Source of the DNA: an uncultured Chloroflexia bacterium
Lineage (GTDB): Bacteria > Chloroflexota > Anaerolineae > Anaerolineales > Villigracilaceae
DNA: 64,000 nt
Direction: 5' to 3'
Assembly (NCBI GenBank): GCA_963725805.1
Contig: CAVSAF010000023.1
Span: 88,201 to 152,200, forward strand
The first letter of the stretch is position 1; each line of letters starts with the position of its first letter. A program made the translations under genes and the position numbers. Under the pieces are notes generated by a model. The model saw only the letters and a list, made by a program, of their open reading frames with translations. It was not told the DNA's origin and made no database searches. Below are positions 10,495-20,021 of the stretch, piece after piece.

Positions 10495-12525
10495 ATGCAG
10501 GAAGAACTTGATCGTATGAAATCACTTTTATCATTTTGGCGGTCCCTGCTGGGAATAACCATAGCCATTTTTGTCATTGGCATGTGGCGAATATTCCTGG
10601 TATCAAGAGGCAGCATCGCGCTTTTTCATTCCAATTGGACAATTATTTGGGCGGTGCCATTCGGAGTCATCCTGTTTCTCTTCGGATACTCGTGGACAAA
10701 ACCCGGTGAAAGATGGCTTGGCTCGTTCCTGGCGAGAACCGACCGTCCTTTTGGATTTCTGGGTGTGCTTTGTGGCATTGCCTTTTTCGCTTCCCTTCCG
10801 GTCCTCTCCGTCTTGGTCTTTTACCCCGATTATGGTGCTCTTATTCAGCGTTTGAGCGAACCTCTTGGCGTAGCTCTTAAAAATTTTTCCACCGCCATCC
10901 GGTACATATCGGTGCGTATATTGTTATTCTGGGGATGTGTGCTTTTCGGGATGATCTGCTCCAGGATGGCCTGGAGGAAGTTGTCCTGGTTGACAGCGCT
11001 CACCCTATCCCTCCTGGCGAATGCCGGGGTATATTGCCTGGTCGTTATTTTCTCTGATGTGAATAATTATCCTTTCTCCCAGGGCTGGTCCGAGGTCAGC
11101 CGCTATTATGGCGCCTCACTCTTTTTTGCCAAACAGCTTTATGGTCAGAAATTCCCTCTGCCCGCCCTTCATCCAACCTGGCATCTCCTCTTAACTGTCC
11201 CATACTTCTTTGGCAACCTTCCCATTTGGATCCACCGTTTCTGGCAGGGATGTCTGCAATTATTGTTGATTCTTGCGACCGGGATTGTTTTCACCCGCCG
11301 ATTGCATACGCCCAGCCGTCTGGTTTTCTGGGGGGTGGTCCTCTGGGCATTCCTGTTCATGCGGCAGAGCATGGTCCTGTTCAGCCTGTTACCAGCAGCC
11401 ATCATTATCCTCGGATGGGTGGATCCTCGCAGATTCTGGCCAACCACGCTCCTGGTTCTACTTGCTTCCATTTGGGCCGGGTTGAGCAGAATCAACTGGT
11501 TCCCCATTCCCGGGATGCTGGCAGGGGTGATTTACCTGCTCGAAATCCCTTACAGGGATTCAAGGTCGTGGGTGCGATACCTCTGGAAACCAGCCACCTG
11601 GCTGCTTGCCGGGACCATCCTGGCATTCGGCGTCAATACCTTGTACAACGTTTTATCAGGTAATGCCGTTAGAGGGGGACAATTTGCATCCAGCCTGACT
11701 TCGGACCTGCTATGGTACCGCCTCCTGCCAAACGCCACTTATCCGCCAGGCATTCTCCTGGCAACGATCCTGGCATCCGCCCCGCTCCTGCTGATCATTC
11801 TCCTTGTTCTGCGCCGGTACCGGCAGACGTTACATCCCTTGCGACTGGCGGGCATATTTACCGCGATAGGACTCCTGCTGGTGGGGGGGCTGGTGGTCAG
11901 TATCAAGATCGGAGGCGGATCAGATTTACATAATCTGGATGCTTATTTTTTGATGCTCATGCTAAGTGGCGGATATATCTATTTTCGCCGCTGGGCACCG
12001 GAACTTCCGATGGATTTGCCAGCCTCGAGCGACCTCCCGGCACTGTTCCTGGTCATCATCCTTCCCATCTGGTTCATCCTCCAGACAGGCGGGGCATTAT
12101 TCACATGGGATCATGCCCTGGCGAACAAGATCGAGAACACCACTAAAGTCCGGGCGGAACAGGTTACCAAGGCAGGTGGCGAAGTCTTGTTCATTTCGCA
12201 GCGGCAATTACTGGCTCTGAAGACGGTGGATGTGCCACTCATCCCGGCTTTCGAACAGGATTACTTAATGGAAATGGCCATGTCTCACAACCAGGCTTAT
12301 CTTGGCCAATTCCAAAGTGATCTTCGCCAGCAGCGCTTCGCAATGATCGTGGCCGAACCCCAAGTTGATCATTTATACCAGCGCGACCGCGGCTTTGCGG
12401 AGGAGAACAACCTGTGGGTGCAGGATGTGTCCAGGCCACTTTTGTGTTACTATGAGTTGGCAAACCAGCCTGATTTGGAATTCGACGTGTCCGTATACAT
12501 TCCCAGAAGCCAGCCTTGCCAATAA
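10495..12525 (+). CDS. Polytopic membrane protein with ~130-aa C-terminal globular domain (function unknown)
   Basis: 676-aa ORF with about 14 hydrophobic segments and a hydrophilic tail (GGEVLFISQRQLLALKTVDVPLIPAFEQDYLMEMAMSHNQAY...). Confidence 0.4.
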   Translation: MQEELDRMKSLLSFWRSLLGITIAIFVIGMWRIFLVSRGSIALFHSNWTIIWAVPFGVILFLFGYSWTKPGERWLGSFLARTDRPFGFLGVLCGIAFFASLPVLSVLVFYPDYGALIQRLSEPLGVALKNFSTAIRYISVRILLFWGCVLFGMICSRMAWRKLSWLTALTLSLLANAGVYCLVVIFSDVNNYPFSQGWSEVSRYYGASLFFAKQLYGQKFPLPALHPTWHLLLTVPYFFGNLPIWIHRFWQGCLQLLLILATGIVFTRRLHTPSRLVFWGVVLWAFLFMRQSMVLFSLLPAAIIILGWVDPRRFWPTTLLVLLASIWAGLSRINWFPIPGMLAGVIYLLEIPYRDSRSWVRYLWKPATWLLAGTILAFGVNTLYNVLSGNAVRGGQFASSLTSDLLWYRLLPNATYPPGILLATILASAPLLLIILLVLRRYRQTLHPLRLAGIFTAIGLLLVGGLVVSIKIGGGSDLHNLDAYFLMLMLSGGYIYFRRWAPELPMDLPASSDLPALFLVIILPIWFILQTGGALFTWDHALANKIENTTKVRAEQVTKAGGEVLFISQRQLLALKTVDVPLIPAFEQDYLMEMAMSHNQAYLGQFQSDLRQQRFAMIVAEPQVDHLYQRDRGFAEENNLWVQDVSRPLLCYYELANQPDLEFDVSVYIPRSQPCQ

Positions 12526-12574
12526 ATGTGGCATGCTTTTTCAAGTCCACCCATAGCAATCCAGGATAGGAATT

Positions 12575-13795
12575 ATGGAGCCAACCGGGAAACTCAACGA
12601 TCAACCACACAGCACTTTCTGGGGAAAATTCAAAGAGCGTTGGCTCACTTTTATACACGGGATTCCATATGTGGATGTTCTTATCGTCGTCGTGGGGACG
12701 CTGCTGGCTTTGGCCCTGCGCTTTACCCTCCGGACATTTGAGACGCAGGATTTCACGTACTACTACCGCGGGTGGTATACGCTCATCAAGAACGAGGGTT
12801 TTACAGCACTGGGGAAAAACTTTTCGGATTACACTCCGCTGTCTTTGTATTTTTTGTATATTGTGTCCGTTCTCCTGCCAAAGGTATCGACAGTCACCGC
12901 GGTTAAACTGCCTTCCATCGCCTGCGACTTTATCATTGCCTGGTATGTATTCCGAATAGTGCGATTGAAATATGAGAAAGGCCCCTTTCCAATATTTGCC
13001 TTTCTTGCCATCCTGTTCGCCCCGACCGTCATTCTTAATAGTGCAGCCTGGACTCAGATTGAAAGCATTTATACGGCAGCCCTGGTTGCATTTCTCTATT
13101 ATTTATTGAAGAAACAGGGCTGGCGCGCTTGCATTGCTTATGGGATTGCTTTCTCCATCAAGCTTCAATCGATATACCTGGCCCCCTTATTGTTGGTTGT
13201 GCTGCTGAAGAAAGAGATTTCCTGGAAGCACCTCTTGGCCATTCCGGCTGTCTATCTCGTTTCAATCGTTCCAGCCTGGATAGCCGGCCGGCCCCTGGTG
13301 GAGCTGTTGACCATCTATGGCGGCCAGGTGAACGACTATGCCGGCCTGGTGAACAATGCCCCAAATATGTATACCTGGCTGCCGGCGGATATGAGCGCTC
13401 TATTGTACCCGGGCGGCGTTATCTTTGCGGTCAGTATTTGTCTCATTTACGCAGCAGTGGTTATCAAGAGTCGCGTCCGCCTGTCAAAACACTTGATTGT
13501 TCAACTGGCCTTGCTTTCCGCCCTGCTTGTGCCTTATTTTCTACCCAAGACCCATGACCGCTATTTTTACCCCGCCGACGTTCTTTCCATTGTGTATGGG
13601 TTTTTCTTCCCGGGCTATTTTTATATCCCGCTGGCTGCCAACCTGATCTCGTTTTTTATCTATGAGCCGTTCCTGTTTGGCACCAACATTTTCCCGCAAA
13701 CCGTTCTGGCCCTGGCCCTGCTGATTGTCATCATTATTTTAGTCCGCCACGTAATGCTGACCCTGTATAAACAGGGCACTGCTCCCTCGGAATAA
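12575..13795 (+). CDS. GT-C mannosyltransferase-like membrane protein (GT87 / PIG-V / DUF2029 type)
   Basis: 406 aa. Contains ...DFTYYYRGWYTLI..., KLPSIACDFIIAWYVFRIV and ...HDRYFYPADV. Size and helix layout match DUF2029/GPI-mannosyltransferase-2-like proteins. Confidence 0.5.
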   Translation: MEPTGKLNDQPHSTFWGKFKERWLTFIHGIPYVDVLIVVVGTLLALALRFTLRTFETQDFTYYYRGWYTLIKNEGFTALGKNFSDYTPLSLYFLYIVSVLLPKVSTVTAVKLPSIACDFIIAWYVFRIVRLKYEKGPFPIFAFLAILFAPTVILNSAAWTQIESIYTAALVAFLYYLLKKQGWRACIAYGIAFSIKLQSIYLAPLLLVVLLKKEISWKHLLAIPAVYLVSIVPAWIAGRPLVELLTIYGGQVNDYAGLVNNAPNMYTWLPADMSALLYPGGVIFAVSICLIYAAVVIKSRVRLSKHLIVQLALLSALLVPYFLPKTHDRYFYPADVLSIVYGFFFPGYFYIPLAANLISFFIYEPFLFGTNIFPQTVLALALLIVIIILVRHVMLTLYKQGTAPSE

Positions 13796-13842
13796 TTAGA
13801 GCTGCCAACAGAATCAAACCGGGTGGCGCCATGCAGCGCTCC

Positions 13843-13870
13843 TTGACGGATTCCCGTTTGCGTTTATAAT
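13843..13870 (+). promoter_or_regulatory. Near-consensus sigma70 promoter (TTGACG-16 nt-TATAAT) for the wHTH regulator and downstream operon
   Basis: TTGACG at 13843..13848 and TATAAT at 13865..13870 with a 16-nt spacer, 42 nt upstream of the ATG at 13912. Confidence 0.55.
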
Positions 13871-13884
13871 TCAGCAGCTGAATT
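13868..13884. promoter_or_regulatory. Perfect 8-1-8 palindrome AATTCAGC-A-GCTGAATT overlapping the -10 box; candidate operator
   Basis: Read directly: aattcagc (13868..13875), a (13876), gctgaatt (13877..13884). It overlaps the TATAAT at 13865..13870. Confidence 0.5.
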
Positions 13885-13911
13885 TTGCCCAAGGAAATGC
13901 CGTAAAATTAA

Positions 13912-14391
13912 ATGAATATCCCAACAGAAACGGCGCGCGAAATGGCGCTGCTCGAAAATATTGAAGGCGATCCAGATATAACCCAGGCCTCCCTCGCCAC
14001 CCGTCTCGGCGTGGCGGTTGGAACGGTGAACTGGCATCTTAAACGCTTGATCGATAAGGGCTATGTCAAGATCAAGCGCGCTGAGCGCAAGAAACTGCGC
14101 TATATTATCACGCCTGAAGGCATCGCCTTGCGCGCCCTCCTTACAGTGGATTATATTGAACAGCAGTTCCTGCTTTATCGGAACACGCGCCAGCGTGTAC
14201 GCGAGCATTTGCAGGAGATAAAAGCAGCCGGTTTTGAAAAAGTCTCCATTCGTGGCGAAGGTGATGTGGCTGATATTTGCCGGCTTTCCTGCCTGGAACA
14301 AGGTCTAACCTTCACTTCAGACGATAATGCACCAGTCCTTGAAATTGTTGGATTCAGGGTGCTTTTACACCTGAATGGCAGCCAGGATTAA
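13912..14391 (+). CDS. Winged-helix (MarR/wHTH-type) transcriptional regulator
   Basis: ITQASLATRLGVAVGTVNWHLKRLIDKGYVKIKRAERKKLRYIITPEG is a classic HTH plus wing. It is the only DNA-binding protein recognised in the window. Confidence 0.7.
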   Translation: MNIPTETAREMALLENIEGDPDITQASLATRLGVAVGTVNWHLKRLIDKGYVKIKRAERKKLRYIITPEGIALRALLTVDYIEQQFLLYRNTRQRVREHLQEIKAAGFEKVSIRGEGDVADICRLSCLEQGLTFTSDDNAPVLEIVGFRVLLHLNGSQD

Positions 14392-14442
14392 TGAGAAAGA
14401 TATCTTGATGATTGGAGGAATGGGCATCATTTCTTTGCCTGA

Positions 14443-15471
<1,029 letters not shown>

Positions 15472-15472
15472 G

Positions 15473-16357
15473 ATGGCTAGAACAGAGATGGCAAAATCCG
15501 AAATTGAACAAACCGATCCCGAAAAATGGGACATGGTCATCAGCCCAAAGCGCAACCTGTTTGACCTGCGCCTGCGGGAATTATGGCATTCGCGCGATCT
15601 GATCATGCTGTTTGTCCGGCGGGATTTCGTTTCCGTTTACAAACAGACCATTTTAGGCCCGCTCTGGTACCTGATCCAACCGCTGTTGACCACGATTGTA
15701 TTCACGGTTGTCTTTGGGAATATAGCCAAGCTGCCTACGGATGGGCTGCCGTCCTTCCTGTTCTACATGTCTGGAACGTTGATCTTTTCTTATTTTGCCA
15801 GCAGCCTTACCAAGACCTCCGAAACTTTTGTGAGCAATTCCAACCTGTTCGGCAAAGTCTATTTTCCTCGATTGACCGTTCCGGTGTCCATTTTATTCTC
15901 CAACCTGATCGCTTTTGTGATCCAATTCGGATTCTTCCTGGTATTCATGGCTTATTTTTTCTTGCGCGGAACGCCGTTGCACCCGAATTGGTGGATCCTT
16001 TTCACCCCGGTGCTGTTGCTGATGATGGCCGGCCTGGGCCTGGGATTTGGCATCATCGTGTCTTCACTAACGACCAAGTACCGTGACCTGCGTTTTCTGG
16101 TGCAGTTTGGGGTCCAGCTTCTGCAATACGTAACCCCGGTAATCTACCCGCTATCGGCCATGTCGCCCAAATACCAGGCGCTGATACGTTTGAACCCGCT
16201 CACATCTGTCGTCGAGGCTTTTCGCTATGCCTACCTCGGCTCCGGCTCCATAAACTTTATCCAACTCGGCTACAGTTTCGCCGTCATGCTGGTCGCGATC
16301 ACCATCGGTGCAGTGATCTTCAACCGTGTGGAAGCAACTTTCATGGATACGGTATGA
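15473..16357 (+). CDS. wzm: ABC-2 type polysaccharide export permease (Wzm/TagG-like), copy 1
   Basis: ELWHSRDLIMLFVRRDFVSVYKQTILGPLWYLIQPLL is the canonical ABC-2 N-terminal motif, followed by 6 TM helices. The start is set at ATG 15473 rather than ORF-track 15311, which overlaps fcl. Confidence 0.85.
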   Translation: MARTEMAKSEIEQTDPEKWDMVISPKRNLFDLRLRELWHSRDLIMLFVRRDFVSVYKQTILGPLWYLIQPLLTTIVFTVVFGNIAKLPTDGLPSFLFYMSGTLIFSYFASSLTKTSETFVSNSNLFGKVYFPRLTVPVSILFSNLIAFVIQFGFFLVFMAYFFLRGTPLHPNWWILFTPVLLLMMAGLGLGFGIIVSSLTTKYRDLRFLVQFGVQLLQYVTPVIYPLSAMSPKYQALIRLNPLTSVVEAFRYAYLGSGSINFIQLGYSFAVMLVAITIGAVIFNRVEATFMDTV

Positions 16358-17640
16358 GCACTACTGTCATCCAGGTGGAAAACCTGTCCAAGGCTTACCG
16401 GTTGGGCCAGATCAATTCCGGCACGCTCTCCGATGATATTAAAGTCTGGTGGGCCAAGGCACACGGCAAGCCCAATCCGCTGCTCAAGATAGGGCAGGAG
16501 AATCACTACAACCGGGAAGGCGAAACCCTTTGGGCGCTCAATGACGTCAGTTTTTCTGTTCGGCAGGGAAGTGTGCTGGGGATCATCGGGCGAAACGGGG
16601 CGGGAAAAAGCACCGTTCTTAAAATCCTCTCCCGCGTGACGGCGCCTACCAGTGGCCTGGTGAAAGTGAAAGGCCGGATTGCCAGCCTTCTGGAAGTGGG
16701 GACGGGATTCCACCCCGAATTGACCGGGCGTGAGAATATTTATTTGAACGGTGCCATCCTGGGTATGAAACGGTCGGAAATCGACCGCAAGTTCGATGAA
16801 ATCGTAGATTTTTCCGAAGTCGAGCAGTTCATCGACACTCCCGTGAAACGCTATTCTTCAGGGATGTACGTTCGCCTGGCTTTCGCGGTCGCGGCTCACC
16901 TCGAGCCTGAAATTCTGGTCGTGGATGAAGTGCTGGCAGTGGGAGATGCGGAATTCCAGCGGAAATCTCTCGGCAAAATGGGTGATGTGGCCCAGCAAGG
17001 TCGCACGGTCCTGTTTGTAAGTCACAATATGTCCGCAATCATGCGCCTGACCCAGGAGGCGATTGTGCTCGAGAAAGGTTGCCTGGCAATGCGGGCAGCC
17101 TCTCCTGAGGCAGTGGAATATTACCTCTCTGAAGGGGAGTCAAGGGCAGGGGAACGAATTTGGGATAGGGATGAAATTCCCTTGGATGCAGCACCTTTCC
17201 GACCGTCCGCCTTGCGCCTGCTTGATCAGAAAGGCCAGGTGGTGGAGACGGTTCGCTCGGTGGAACCATTTGCTGTGGAGATGGAATATTTCCTGGATGC
17301 TCCGCTGACGGGTTTGCGCATCGGCCTTTATCTTAATTCAACCCGGGGGGACCAGGTCCTGACCACTTTTGATACAGATGAAGGCGCCCGCTTTGAAAAA
17401 TACACCTCCCGCCCGGCTGGTCATTATGTCAGCCGCTGCGAATTCCCAAAGGATCTTTTGAATAACGGGCGGTATATTTTGGGCGTCAATGCCAGTTCCT
17501 ATCGCATCCGGCGTTACTTCATGGATGAGAAGGCCCTGGCTTTTAATGTGGATACTGCCGGGGCACCCGGGATGCAATGGTCCGAGCCGCGGCCCGGTGC
17601 ACTGCGTCCGCGCCTGGAATGGAAGATCGAGACGAAATGA
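16354..17640 (+). CDS. wzt: ABC exporter ATPase (Wzt/TagH-like) with C-terminal glycan-binding (Wzt_C-like) domain, copy 1
   Basis: Walker A GRNGAGKST, signature YSSGMYVRLAF and Walker B ILVVDEVL. A ~180-aa extra C-terminal domain (about 17104..17640) is beta-rich. The start has an ATGA overlap with wzm. Confidence 0.8.
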   Translation: MSTTVIQVENLSKAYRLGQINSGTLSDDIKVWWAKAHGKPNPLLKIGQENHYNREGETLWALNDVSFSVRQGSVLGIIGRNGAGKSTVLKILSRVTAPTSGLVKVKGRIASLLEVGTGFHPELTGRENIYLNGAILGMKRSEIDRKFDEIVDFSEVEQFIDTPVKRYSSGMYVRLAFAVAAHLEPEILVVDEVLAVGDAEFQRKSLGKMGDVAQQGRTVLFVSHNMSAIMRLTQEAIVLEKGCLAMRAASPEAVEYYLSEGESRAGERIWDRDEIPLDAAPFRPSALRLLDQKGQVVETVRSVEPFAVEMEYFLDAPLTGLRIGLYLNSTRGDQVLTTFDTDEGARFEKYTSRPAGHYVSRCEFPKDLLNNGRYILGVNASSYRIRRYFMDEKALAFNVDTAGAPGMQWSEPRPGALRPRLEWKIETK

Positions 17641-19229
17641 AACCGAAATCGCTCATCAAGAACGTGATGCGGGAGTTGCCATTCAGTGCGGATATCTACT
17701 GGTTATTGCGTGACCGCGATCATAAACCTCACAGCCGTTTTGATATGGAAGCCCTGGCAGGTGCGCTGCCAGAAATAATGGCACAGGCAAAGCCTTATAC
17801 AGAATCTGCTCCACAAGGCAGGAAGGTTTTTTTCTTTGCTTCCTGGCATTACTGGATCATGCACGCCGCCTTGAGCGGCCTCACTTTGCGTGGTCTGGGG
17901 CACGATGTAACCCTCGGTTACCTGCCATACGGTGATTATGACAAGCCAATCAGCCGTTTTGACTTGCGCCGGCAGGACTTGTACGCACACCAGATCTTGA
18001 AGAAGATGCAGCCCCTCTTGAAATCCATCTCTTTGCTGGATGTCAGACCAGCCGGTCAACTTCCGGAAGAACTGGCTGAAGCGCTGGAACAGCTCACGTT
18101 TATTGATACCCAATATATCAGGCAAAGGGAGGATGTAACCGGAACAGAACCGATCTATCTGCTTCGAAAGGAACGCAACCTTGAGGCCGCCCGCCGGGCT
18201 TTGGCTTATTTTGCGGAAAACCGCCCGGATGTGGTCATCATTCCGAATGGAATGATCCTGGAATACGGCGCCATTTACGAAACTGCCCGCCACCTCGGTA
18301 TCCCGACGGTCACTTATGAATTCGGGGAACAGGACCAGCGCATGTGGTTGGGCCAGAACCACCAGGTCATGTACTACGAATCTTTCAACGATCTGTGGAA
18401 GACCCGCCAAAACCGTAAATTGAATAAAGAACAACGCAACTGGTTGGAAGATTTCCTGCTTGGACGGCAGGGGCTTTCCAAGGGCGGGAAATTTGCCCAT
18501 TTATGGCAAAAGGCCGGCCGCGAGGGGGGTGCGAAAATTCGAGCTTCGCTTGGTCTGGATGACCGGCCGGTCGTGCTGTTACCAACCAACGTGCTGGGAG
18601 ATTCTGCCACACTTGGCCGGACAGTCTTCAGCCGGTCAATGACCGATTGGATTGAACAGGTAATCCCCTTTTTTGCGAACAGGTCCGAGGTCCAGTTGGT
18701 GGTGCGGATCCATCCCGCCGAATCCTGGACGGTCGGCCCATCGGTGGCGGAAATTATTTACAAGTTACTGCCAGAACTGCCCCCTCATATCCATCTGATC
18801 GGTCCCAAGGAGAAGGTCAACACCTACGACCTGATGGAAATGGCCGATCTGGCGTTGGTTTACACAACGACCGCCGGGGTGGAGATGGCGACACGCGGCA
18901 TCCCGTTGTTGGTGAGCGGGCGGGCTACCTACCGAAAACGGGGATTTACCCTTGATGCGGATAGCTGGGAGGAATATTTTCAGAAACTGGAACAAACATT
19001 GGCCAACCTGCCAGCCAATCGATTATCGCAAGAGCAAATTGACCAGGCCTGGAATTATGCCTATGCATATTTCCACGAGTTTACACGCCCTTTCCCATGG
19101 CACCTTGAGAAGATCATGGCTGATCTGGCCAAGCGCCCAATTTCTTATGTGCTCAGTCCGGAAGGCCGCCGGGAATATGAAACCACCTTCCAGGAATTGG
19201 CCGGGGCTCCAATTGATTGGCAGTCCTGA
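17637..19229 (+). CDS. KpsC/KpsS (Capsule_synth)-like GT-B protein; candidate CMP-ulosonic acid (beta-Kdo-type) transferase
   Basis: ...RPVVLLPTNVLGDSATL...FFANRSEVQLVVRIHPAE...TYDLMEMADLALVYTTTAGVEMATRGIPLLVSG echoes the LQVxxDSQ...LxxKxHPxD layout of Capsule_synth proteins. It is homologous to 38305..39942. ATGA overlap with the wzt stop. Confidence 0.45.
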   Translation: MKPKSLIKNVMRELPFSADIYWLLRDRDHKPHSRFDMEALAGALPEIMAQAKPYTESAPQGRKVFFFASWHYWIMHAALSGLTLRGLGHDVTLGYLPYGDYDKPISRFDLRRQDLYAHQILKKMQPLLKSISLLDVRPAGQLPEELAEALEQLTFIDTQYIRQREDVTGTEPIYLLRKERNLEAARRALAYFAENRPDVVIIPNGMILEYGAIYETARHLGIPTVTYEFGEQDQRMWLGQNHQVMYYESFNDLWKTRQNRKLNKEQRNWLEDFLLGRQGLSKGGKFAHLWQKAGREGGAKIRASLGLDDRPVVLLPTNVLGDSATLGRTVFSRSMTDWIEQVIPFFANRSEVQLVVRIHPAESWTVGPSVAEIIYKLLPELPPHIHLIGPKEKVNTYDLMEMADLALVYTTTAGVEMATRGIPLLVSGRATYRKRGFTLDADSWEEYFQKLEQTLANLPANRLSQEQIDQAWNYAYAYFHEFTRPFPWHLEKIMADLAKRPISYVLSPEGRREYETTFQELAGAPIDWQS

Positions 19230-19253
19230 ACAGAATTCAGACCAGGAATTCTT

Positions 19254-19943
19254 ATGATCAAATCATTTACCTTGAGTCTCAAACAGCGCTTTCCCGGACT
19301 GGCTGCATTCGCAGGGAAATTGCTGCGCGGTGAGGCCGGACAGGTACGCAAGACCATTCGCGGGCAGGGTAATGTATTTACCGCAGATGGCGCCAAGCTT
19401 TCGGGCGCGCATGTGGATATCATCGGTGACAACAACCTGATTGAGATTGGTTCAGGCAGCACCCTCACAAATGTCCATTTCCGCCTACGCGGCTCAGGTC
19501 ATAAAATCGAATTTGGCAGGAATTGCCGCGTCAGCCGTGGGGCAGTGCTCTGGTTTGAAGATCATGATGGAGTATTGCGGGTCGGTTCTGGCACCACGAT
19601 GGTTGAAGTCCACGTAGCAGTAACGGAGAATTCCAGCGTGAGTATCGGCGAGGATTGCATGCTGGCCAACGATATTGACATCCGCACTGGCGACAGCCAT
19701 TCTGTGATTGACACGCAGACCGGCGAACGGCTGAACTTTGCCGGGGACGTTGTCCTGGGCCGGCATGTCTGGATTGCCCCGCATACGGTTGTATTGAAAG
19801 GTGTAAATATTGGTGAAAATTCGATCATTGCAACGGGTGCGGTTGTCACCAAATCGTGTGGACCCGGCGTTATCGTTGGCGGAAATCCTGCCAGGGTGAT
19901 CAAGACAGGCGTTTCCTGGAAGCGGGAACGAATTTCAAGGTAG
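19254..19943 (+). CDS. Left-handed beta-helix (hexapeptide-repeat) O-acetyltransferase
   Basis: Imperfect hexapeptide repeats (IIGDNNLIEIGSGS..., VVLGRHVWIAPHTVVLKGVNIGENSIIATGAVVTKS...GVIVGGNPARVI). Confidence 0.75.
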   Translation: MIKSFTLSLKQRFPGLAAFAGKLLRGEAGQVRKTIRGQGNVFTADGAKLSGAHVDIIGDNNLIEIGSGSTLTNVHFRLRGSGHKIEFGRNCRVSRGAVLWFEDHDGVLRVGSGTTMVEVHVAVTENSSVSIGEDCMLANDIDIRTGDSHSVIDTQTGERLNFAGDVVLGRHVWIAPHTVVLKGVNIGENSIIATGAVVTKSCGPGVIVGGNPARVIKTGVSWKRERISR

Positions 19944-20021
19944 ACAAGCTCAATGGCAAAGAATCATTGGATGCCAGGCAAGAAATATTTTGTCATATCA
20001 ACGAATTAAGGAGATGAATCC

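Noticed and set aside
13864-14301. 145-aa minus-strand ORF opposite the wHTH regulator
   Set aside because: The plus-strand frame gives a textbook HTH-wing motif and has a consensus promoter. The antisense ORF has no features.
17703-18500. 265-aa minus-strand ORF (also 26339..27064, 22502..23164 and 28475..29113)
   Set aside because: All are antisense shadows of long plus-strand genes that have paralogues or clear motifs. None has a plausible RBS or a domain signature.
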